Positions 57,045-64,000 of a DNA stretch of 64,000 nucleotides are shown in pieces. The stretch's first letter is position 1. The number at the start of each line of letters is the position of its first letter. A program made the translations under genes and the position numbers. The notes beneath the pieces were generated by a model. The model worked only from the letters and a program-made list of their open reading frames with translations, was not told the origin of the DNA and did no database searches. The stretch is from an uncultured bacterium (lineage in GTDB: Bacteria; Planctomycetota; UBA1135; GCA-002686595), in assembly GCA_943787795.1 (NCBI GenBank), contig CALSNU010000004.1, positions 448,001 to 512,000 of the forward strand. Reading direction: 5' to 3'.

Positions 57045-57587
57045 ATGCCGTCCACAGAGATCGATGTCCGGGGAGAGTTCACCCGCTTGCACGAGGCGTT
57101 TGACGCCTTCGAGTCCATCCGCCAGGAGGGCGAGGCCGCCTGCCGCGCCCGGGCCCCAGAGGTGTCCGGCTGGAGCGTCGAGCAGCACCTCTACCACATC
57201 GCCCTGGCCACCGATCTGGCGTTCCGCCACGTGAAGTCGCTGGTGGCCCGCAAGGGGCGCCTGATCCAGGAGGAGGGCGCGATCAAGGAGCGCGCGGCCC
57301 AGGTGCTGGAGAACGACGCCACGCCGCGCGGCGAGGCCCAGGCCCCGCGCATGGTCACCCCCGACGAGACCGTGGAGCCCCGCTTCCTCGAGATGGAGCT
57401 GGGCGGCAACCGCGAGGCCCTCGCAGGACTCGAGGCCATCGCCGACGAGATCTCAGCCGCTCCGTCCTGGATCCCCCACCAGGAGCTCGGCCCCCTGTCC
57501 GCCGCCCACTGGCTCCGCTTCTCGGCGCTGCACGCCCGCCACCACTGGGCCATCGTCCGGGACATCCGCTCCGCCCTCCAGAGCTGA
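57045..57587 (+). CDS. DinB/YfiT family putative metalloenzyme
   Basis: WSVEQHLYHI, PH..LG, HARHH. Confidence 0.8.
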   Translation: MPSTEIDVRGEFTRLHEAFDAFESIRQEGEAACRARAPEVSGWSVEQHLYHIALATDLAFRHVKSLVARKGRLIQEEGAIKERAAQVLENDATPRGEAQAPRMVTPDETVEPRFLEMELGGNREALAGLEAIADEISAAPSWIPHQELGPLSAAHWLRFSALHARHHWAIVRDIRSALQS

Positions 57588-57605
57588 CCCACTTCGCTCC
57601 CCATC

Positions 57606-58772
57606 ATGCTCGCCGCGCTCCTCGCCTCGCTGACCCTCGCCCCCCAGCTCCCGTCCCAGCCCAGCGTCGCCTCGAGCAGCGACAAGGTCGACGTCTGGAC
57701 CAGCGGCGAGGCGGGCTACCACACCTATCGCATCCCCGCCGTCCTGCGAGCCCCTGACGGCGCGTTGCTCGCCTTCTGCGAGGGTCGCAAGGGCGGGCGC
57801 GGCGACACGGGGGACATCGACCTGCTCATGAAGCGCTCCGAGGACGGCGGCGCCACCTGGGGCGAGCAGCGCGTCCTCTGGGACGACGGAGACAACGTCT
57901 GCGGGAACCCATGCCCCGTGCTCGACCGGGACACGGGGATGATCTTCCTCTTCCTCACCCACAACCTCGGCCACGACCACGAGAGCGAGATCATCGCTGG
58001 CACGTCCGAGGGCACCCGGACCGTCTGGGTCATGACCAGCGCGGACGGCGGCGCCGAGTGGTCCCAGCCGCGCGAAGTGACCGCCTCGACGAAGCGGAAG
58101 GGCTGGACCTGGTACGCCACCGGGCCCGGCGTGGGCATCCAGCTCGAGGTCGGCCCCCACGCGGGCCGGCTCGTCATTCCCTGCGATCACATCGAGGCCG
58201 ACTCCCGGCGCTACTACAGCCACGTCCTGCTCTCCGACGACCACGGCGCCACCTGGCGCATCGGCGGCCGCTCCCAGCGCGATCAGCTGAACGAGTGCCA
58301 GGTCGCCGAGCTCGACTCCGGTGAGCTCGTCCTCAACATGCGGAACTACAACCGCCAGAAGCGGGCCCGCGCCGTGGCGCGCTCGAAGGACGGCGGCGAG
58401 AGCTTCGGAGAGGTGACCTGGGACGAGGCCCTCCCCGAGCCCATCTGCCAGGCGGGGATGGTGACCGTCCACGCGTCCCGCGGCGGCGGGGTGGTCGAGC
58501 GCTGGGTGGCCTTCTCCAACCCGGCCTCCCCCGACCGGCGCGAACGAATGCTGGTGCGCGTGAGCTACGACGGCGGGCGCAGCTGGAACACCGCGGCCCT
58601 GCTCCACGGCAAGGCCGCGGCCTACTCCTGCCTGGTGGACCTCTCGGAGGGCAGCTCCAACGCCGTGGGGTGCCTCTACGAGCGCGGCAGGGAGAGCCCC
58701 TATGAGCGGATCACGTTCCAGCGCGTGCCGCTGTCGCCGCCGCGCCAGCCGGCGCCCGGCGCGGCGCGCTGA
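57606..58772 (+). CDS. Exo-alpha-sialidase (GH33)
   Basis: Signal peptide, YRIP motif, five Asp boxes (SEDGGATW, SADGGAEW, SDDHGATW, SKDGGESF, SYDGGRSW), AYS, LYE. Confidence 0.92.
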   Translation: MLAALLASLTLAPQLPSQPSVASSSDKVDVWTSGEAGYHTYRIPAVLRAPDGALLAFCEGRKGGRGDTGDIDLLMKRSEDGGATWGEQRVLWDDGDNVCGNPCPVLDRDTGMIFLFLTHNLGHDHESEIIAGTSEGTRTVWVMTSADGGAEWSQPREVTASTKRKGWTWYATGPGVGIQLEVGPHAGRLVIPCDHIEADSRRYYSHVLLSDDHGATWRIGGRSQRDQLNECQVAELDSGELVLNMRNYNRQKRARAVARSKDGGESFGEVTWDEALPEPICQAGMVTVHASRGGGVVERWVAFSNPASPDRRERMLVRVSYDGGRSWNTAALLHGKAAAYSCLVDLSEGSSNAVGCLYERGRESPYERITFQRVPLSPPRQPAPGAAR

Positions 58773-58778
58773 TCTCCC

Positions 58779-60221
58779 TCAGGCCTGGTCGGCGGCACGG
58801 GCCACGATCATGGCGACGCAGGCGGTCAGCCGCTCCGCCATCTCGAGGTGCAGGAACTCGTTGGGCCCGTGGGCGTTCGAGCCCGGCCCCAGCACCCCGG
58901 TGATGACGAACTGCGCCTCCGGGAACGACTCGCCCAAGAGCCCCATGAGCGGGATGGTCCCCCCCTCCCCCAGGGACACGGCGTCCTTGCCGAAGAACTC
59001 GCGGCTCGACTCCTGGATGGCCCCGTCGAGCCAGGGAGCGAACGGCGGCGCGTTCCACCCCGTCGCGCCGTCGGCGTTCTCGAAGGAGACCTGGGCGCCG
59101 TAGGGGGGGTCGGACTCCAGGGCCTCCTTGACCGCGGCGAGCGCGGCGTCGGGGTCGGTGGTCGGCGCGGTCCGGAAGCTGAGCTTGAGGGCCGTCTCCG
59201 GGCGCAGCACGTTCCCGGCGTGCTCGAGGGGCGGCATCCCCGCCGCGCCCGTCACGGAGAGCGTCGCGCGCCACGTGCGCGCGATCACGCGCGACGTCGC
59301 GTCGGCGCCCATGGGCTGCACCCCGGGCTGAAACGGGTACTTGTCGTGCACGGTGTCCCCGAGCACGCCCGCAGCGGCCTCGGCTTGGGCCATCCGGTCC
59401 GCCGGGACCTCGGCGCGCAGCGCAGGCAGGATCACCTCGCCGGTGTCGGCGTCCTCCACCCGGTCAAGGAGCCGCCGCGCCACGCGGAAGCTCGACGGCA
59501 CCACGCCGCTCGCGTCGCCGGAGTGGATCCCCTCGGAGACGGTCGAGACCCGGAGGTCGCCGTTGACGTTGCCGCGCAGGGAGGTGCACAGCCACATCCG
59601 CTCGTAGTCTCCCGCGCCGCTGTCGAGGCACACCACGAGCCCCGGCGTCCCGATGCGCCCCTTGAGGTGGTCCACGTAAGCGGCGAGGTCCGGGCTCCCG
59701 CTCTCCTCGCTGGTCTCGATCAGGCAGACGCAGCGCGGGTGTGGCGCGCCCTGATCCTGCAGCGCTTCAAGAGCGCCGAGGGATCCGAACACGGCGTACC
59801 CATCGTCCGCCGCCCCGCGACCGTAGAGCTTGCCGTCCTCGACCACGGGCTCCCAGGGACCCTTGTTCTCATCCCAGCCGGTCACCTCGGGCTGCTTGTC
59901 CAGGTGGCCATACATGAGGATCGTGCCGCCGTCCGCGCCGGCCGGCATGCCAAAGGCGGGCACCTCCACGAGCAGCGTCGGCGTCAGGCCCTCGAGGCGG
60001 ATGATCTCGACGGTCATACCCGCGAGCTTCCGCTCGCGGCACCAGGCGGCCGCCAGCTCGACCGCGTCGTCCAGGAAGCCGTTGGCCGCCCAGTCCGCGT
60101 CGAAGGCCGGTGACTTGGCCGGGATACGGATGAAGTCGGAGATGGCAGGGAGGATCGAATCCCGCCAGGAGCGGGCGACGTGGTCCCGGAGCGCAGCCGG
60201 GTCGAGCGTGGCGGAGGTCAT
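58779..60221 (-). CDS. M20/M25/M40 family metallopeptidase
   Basis: YGHLDKQP, GRGAADDG, EESGS, AHGPNE. Confidence 0.92.
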   Translation of the reverse strand: MTSATLDPAALRDHVARSWRDSILPAISDFIRIPAKSPAFDADWAANGFLDDAVELAAAWCRERKLAGMTVEIIRLEGLTPTLLVEVPAFGMPAGADGGTILMYGHLDKQPEVTGWDENKGPWEPVVEDGKLYGRGAADDGYAVFGSLGALEALQDQGAPHPRCVCLIETSEESGSPDLAAYVDHLKGRIGTPGLVVCLDSGAGDYERMWLCTSLRGNVNGDLRVSTVSEGIHSGDASGVVPSSFRVARRLLDRVEDADTGEVILPALRAEVPADRMAQAEAAAGVLGDTVHDKYPFQPGVQPMGADATSRVIARTWRATLSVTGAAGMPPLEHAGNVLRPETALKLSFRTAPTTDPDAALAAVKEALESDPPYGAQVSFENADGATGWNAPPFAPWLDGAIQESSREFFGKDAVSLGEGGTIPLMGLLGESFPEAQFVITGVLGPGSNAHGPNEFLHLEMAERLTACVAMIVARAADQA

Positions 60222-60241
60222 GACGCTAGTGTGCAGGGAAC

Positions 60242-62353
60242 ATGGTCCCCCGTCACCCCGCACGTCGCTGCGCCCTCGGGCTCCTCGCCCTCACGGCCGC
60301 CTGCGGCGGAGGCGACCTCGAGGAGCCCGAGGTACCGAGCCAGAGCCCCAATCCCGATCCCCCCACCGCCCGTTGGGGCCAGGTCGAGCAGTTCCAGGCG
60401 GACCTGCTCGCCCCCCGCCACCCCTCCGATGGCAAGGGCCTGGTCCGCGTGATCCGCGCTCCCGATCGAGTCGTCGCAGGCGGCGTTGGACGGTGGACGT
60501 TCGAGTTCGAGGTCGCGGAGACAGGGATCGCCCCGGGCGGCTCGATCCACTTCATGCCGGAGCCCTTCTGGGGCTGGTCGACGCCTCAGGTCCAGCGCGC
60601 GGAGCTGCCGGGCTACACCAACGTCGCTGTCAGCCGCGCGGAGACCACCCTGGCGGCCGAGACCTTCGGCGGCCAAGACTCGGGCCTGCTCATTCTCACC
60701 GTGGGCGGCGAGGGACTGGAGGGCGGCGACCTGGTCACCATCGACTACGGCGCCGGCCCCGCGGGCTCGAGGGCGGACCGATATGCGGGCCGCGACGCCC
60801 GGCTCTGGTTCTCGGTGGACGGCGACGGCGACGGGGTCCGGGCCATCCTTCCGGCCTCACCTTCGGTGGACGTTGCGCCGCGAGCACCTGAACGCGTGGT
60901 GGTGCTGGGCCCGAGCACCGCTCGACCGGGAGAGGTCCTGCGGTTCCACGTGTCGGCGCTGGACGGCTGGGCCAACCGAGCCCCGGAGGTGGATGGCACG
61001 CCGTGGATCGGCCGCGCCACGCTCAAGGTCCTGGGCGCTCTCTCAGGGGACGTCCCCCTGCCCGAGACCGTGGAGCTAGACGAGCAGGGGTTCGCGACCT
61101 TTGAGCTCATCGCCCCTGCGCTGGAAGCGCCGGAGGTCCTGCGGGTCGAGGCGGCGTTGACGCTACCGGACGGGTCCATCGCCCGATCCGTCTCCAACCC
61201 GCTCCTCGTCGACCTCGAGGCCCCCCGCATCCTCTGGGGCGATCTCCACGGTCACACGGGCCGCTCGGACGGGACCGGGGCCGTCGAGGACTACTTCCTG
61301 TACGCCCGGGACACCGCCCGCCTCGACGTCCTCGCCCTCACGGATCACGATCACTTCGGCCCCCGCTTCCTCGACGAGGTGCCCGCGTGGCAGGAGGAGA
61401 TGCGGGAGGTGACCGAGCGCTTCAACGCCCCCGGAGGGCTGGTCACGCTCCACGGCTACGAGTGGACCAGCTGGATCCACGGACACCGGCACGTCCTGCG
61501 CTTCGACGCTGGCGGCCCGATCCTCTCGTCCATGGACCCTGCGACGGACACGCCGGCAGAGCTGTGGGCTGCCCTCGAGGGCCAGCCGGCCATGACCATC
61601 GCACACCACAGCTCCGGGAACCCGATCCCCGTGAACTGGACGTACACGCCGGATCCGCTCATCGAACCCGTCACCGAGATCGTCTCCGTCCACGGCTCCA
61701 GCGAGGCGCGGGACGCGCCCCAGGTCGTCGCCGGCAGCCGAGACGGATGGTTCGTGCGGGATCAGCTCGATCGAGGCCTCCGCCTCGGCTTCATCGGCTC
61801 TGGAGACTCGCATGACGGACACCCCGGGCTCCCGCACCTGTCGCCCACCTACGGGTGGCGTCCGGCGACAGAGCGATCGGGGGAGGTCCCTGGCACCGGT
61901 GGACTGGCGGCGATCCTCGCCCCATCAGGCGGCCGGGCAGCAGTGATGGAAGCGCTCCGAGCGCGGGCCGCCTATGCCACGAGCGGGCCACGCTTGATCG
62001 CCCTCGTCGAGCGCTCTCCCGATGCCTCTGAAGGGAGCTCCAGGGTCAAGATCCGATTCCACGGCACGGCTCCATTGGACCGAATCGACCTCGTCCTGGG
62101 CCCGTCCATCGAGGGGGCTGCGGGGTCCGAGGTGCGCACCCTGCGCCCTGGAGCCGGCGGCGCTGATCGCCCTGATACGCAGGCGATGAGCCTCATGGAC
62201 GCCGCCTTCGAGGTCGACCTCCCCGAGACGCTCAGGCGCCGCTACTTCTACCTCCGGGTCGTCCAGGTCGACCGCGCGACCGCGTGGATCGGACCCTGGT
62301 GGCGAGACGGCCTCTCTGCCGGCGACCCTCAGGCCGAGCGGCGATCAGACTGA
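60242..62353 (+). CDS. DUF3604 / PHP-like metallohydrolase lipoprotein
   Basis: Lipobox LTAAC; WGDLHGHT..SDG, TDHD, GYEWT..GHRHV, GDSHDGHPG, YATSG.R. Confidence 0.82.
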   Translation: MVPRHPARRCALGLLALTAACGGGDLEEPEVPSQSPNPDPPTARWGQVEQFQADLLAPRHPSDGKGLVRVIRAPDRVVAGGVGRWTFEFEVAETGIAPGGSIHFMPEPFWGWSTPQVQRAELPGYTNVAVSRAETTLAAETFGGQDSGLLILTVGGEGLEGGDLVTIDYGAGPAGSRADRYAGRDARLWFSVDGDGDGVRAILPASPSVDVAPRAPERVVVLGPSTARPGEVLRFHVSALDGWANRAPEVDGTPWIGRATLKVLGALSGDVPLPETVELDEQGFATFELIAPALEAPEVLRVEAALTLPDGSIARSVSNPLLVDLEAPRILWGDLHGHTGRSDGTGAVEDYFLYARDTARLDVLALTDHDHFGPRFLDEVPAWQEEMREVTERFNAPGGLVTLHGYEWTSWIHGHRHVLRFDAGGPILSSMDPATDTPAELWAALEGQPAMTIAHHSSGNPIPVNWTYTPDPLIEPVTEIVSVHGSSEARDAPQVVAGSRDGWFVRDQLDRGLRLGFIGSGDSHDGHPGLPHLSPTYGWRPATERSGEVPGTGGLAAILAPSGGRAAVMEALRARAAYATSGPRLIALVERSPDASEGSSRVKIRFHGTAPLDRIDLVLGPSIEGAAGSEVRTLRPGAGGADRPDTQAMSLMDAAFEVDLPETLRRRYFYLRVVQVDRATAWIGPWWRDGLSAGDPQAERRSD

Positions 62354-64000
62354 CGGCCGCTGGCAGGATCAGGCGCAGTACCCGCGCTACACACCCTGTT
62401 CCGGCCCCCTTCCTTGGCCTCGTACAGAGCCTCATCCGCGGCCTTGATCAGGTCATCGAACGTCTCCATCTCTGGCGTGGCGATCGCCACGCCGAGGCTC
62501 ACGGTGACGGACTCATGGAAGTCCCCGTGGTGGACAGCCTTGGCCTCAATCGCCGCCCGCAGGCGCTCCGCGGCGAGCGACGCTGTCTCGGCCGTGCCGC
62601 CAACGCTGAGCACGATGAACTCCTCACCTCCCAGCCGGCAGAGGACATCTGAGCCCCGGGTGTGAGACTGAAGATGGAGCGCGACGGAACGAAGGACGGC
62701 GTCACCAGTGTCATGGCCGAACTGGTCGTTCACACGCTTGAAGGCGTCGATGTCGACGATGGTGACCGCCAGCCCGCGCCCGTTCCGGTGCATCCCCTCC
62801 CACTCCTGCTTGAGCCGCTTCATCGCGTAGCGGCGGTTGGGCAGGTGGGTGAGCGCATCGGTGAGCGCGGCGGCACGCAGCTTCCGGGTCATGATCCCGA
62901 GCTCAGTCACCTGGCGCAGGCGGGCGCGCTCCGCGGCCTCTGCGCGTTCGCGTAGCTGGATCGCGCGCTCCGCGGCCCCCACACGCGCGAGCAGGATCCG
63001 GGGGTTGAAGGGCTTCCCTACGAAGTCATCCACCCCCGCATCGAAGGCCTCGACCACCTGCTCGTCGTCCCCGCATGCGGTGACGAGGATGAGGTACATG
63101 CGCGAGCCTGCCTGACTCCTACGGAGGGTTCGACAGAGATCGACGCCGCTCATCTCTGGCATCATCCAATCCGAGATCACGATCTGGGGCGTGTGCTCGA
63201 GCGCCATCGAGAGCCCGTCCGAGCTCGAACTCGCCGTCATCACATCGAAGTTCTGACGCTTCAAGTGATGCGCGAGGAGGCGCAGCATCTGCGGGTCATC
63301 CTCGACGACGAGGATGCGCGAGGGAGCCTGCCCATCGCTGCTGAAGCTATCCAGCGGGAGCAGCGGACGGTCCAGGTCCTCCTGGAACACGCTCGGCTCC
63401 GCCGCCTCCTCGGCAAAGTCGACGCCGATCTCGAAGGTGGTCGAGATGAGCGCAGACCGCATGCCTCGCCGCTCCATCTCCGCGGCGATGTCCTGGAAGC
63501 TCCCGGCCGATGGAACCGGGAGATCGATCAGTCGACCCCAGTCCTCGAGGCTCGGCACGATGGCGTCACAGATCGAGAGCAGGGCGTCAGGGTCCATGGC
63601 GAGCTCTTCGCCCACGTGCTGCAGCGACAGGAAGAGGCCGCGCCAGCGAGCATCCTCGATCTCCCAGCTCCCGTTCATCACCCGGGCGATCTGGCGCCCG
63701 CTCCGGACAAGGTCCAGGAGCTCGGGCGGCCCTCCTACGTCCACGAGATCGTCATCCGAGGGGTCGGGGTCCATGGCGCGCAGTAGCGCCACCTCCTGGA
63801 ACTCTCCAGGGAGTCCCCAGTGCTCCATCAGCTCGGAGGTCACCTCGAAGTGATCGATGCCAAACTCGCGCGCCTCGACCTTGGCCAGCGCGAGGTCGGG
63901 AGCCCCTGTGTTGGCCTTGATGATGGCCGAGTAGCGCTCCGGGTGGACGCAGGCCAACGCGAGCTTCCCCACGTCGCACAAGAGGGCGCACGTGAAGGCC
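62329..64000 (-). CDS. HDOD-REC-GGDEF diguanylate cyclase (5'-partial)
   Basis: AFTCALLCDVGKL (HDOD); REC VEDD...DWMMP...KPF; TDALT.LPNRR, DIDAFKRVND, I-site RGSD and GGEEF. The frame is open to the right edge. Confidence 0.9.
   Translation of the reverse strand, partial: AFTCALLCDVGKLALACVHPERYSAIIKANTGAPDLALAKVEAREFGIDHFEVTSELMEHWGLPGEFQEVALLRAMDPDPSDDDLVDVGGPPELLDLVRSGRQIARVMNGSWEIEDARWRGLFLSLQHVGEELAMDPDALLSICDAIVPSLEDWGRLIDLPVPSAGSFQDIAAEMERRGMRSALISTTFEIGVDFAEEAAEPSVFQEDLDRPLLPLDSFSSDGQAPSRILVVEDDPQMLRLLAHHLKRQNFDVMTASSSSDGLSMALEHTPQIVISDWMMPEMSGVDLCRTLRRSQAGSRMYLILVTACGDDEQVVEAFDAGVDDFVGKPFNPRILLARVGAAERAIQLRERAEAAERARLRQVTELGIMTRKLRAAALTDALTHLPNRRYAMKRLKQEWEGMHRNGRGLAVTIVDIDAFKRVNDQFGHDTGDAVLRSVALHLQSHTRGSDVLCRLGGEEFIVLSVGGTAETASLAAERLRAAIEAKAVHHGDFHESVTVSLGVAIATPEMETFDDLIKAADEALYEAKEGGRNRVCSAGTAPDPASGRQSDRRSA

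Noticed and set aside
62329..62353. 25-bp convergent overlap of the DUF3604 and GGDEF genes
   Set aside because: Short tail-to-tail overlaps are common and imply no function.

Overview
High-GC bacterial window of about 32 genes plus one tRNA. The gene content suggests Planctomycetota, probably the OM190/Saltatorellus-like lineage (inference from the DUF58-BatA-vWA-prenyltransferase-repeat operon and a recurrent C-terminal 'YC..NST...FQAWxRD...SN.T.AV.V' domain). From left to right it holds: a di-heme cytochrome c lipoprotein missed by the ORF track; an FG-GAP propeller surface protein; a sulfation-related group (ArnT-like glycosyltransferase, Thr-type sulfatase-fold enzyme, arylsulfotransferase, PAPS sulfotransferase) interspersed with pseudogene remnants; and a 7-gene translationally coupled DUF58/BatA/vWA operon with no adjacent MoxR. 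Next come DUF2959, a ~1960-aa AsmA/DUF748-like gene and a NUDIX-MBL fusion, both inside a 7-kb stretch carrying five small frameshifts; glycosyltransferases; SDR, HrpB and DUF1499; and a long proline-kinked coiled-coil protein. The best candidate for an undescribed system is a compact tRNA-Ile2 -> cytochrome P450 -> FAAL-ACP didomain -> DUF374 (LpxJ-like) acyltransferase operon, which converges on a methyltransferase + GT87 pair. The window ends with DinB, a sialidase, an M20 peptidase, DUF3604 and a partial HDOD-REC-GGDEF gene. No CRISPR array, rRNA, integrase or transposase was seen. All family calls come from motif recognition by eye; no database search was run.
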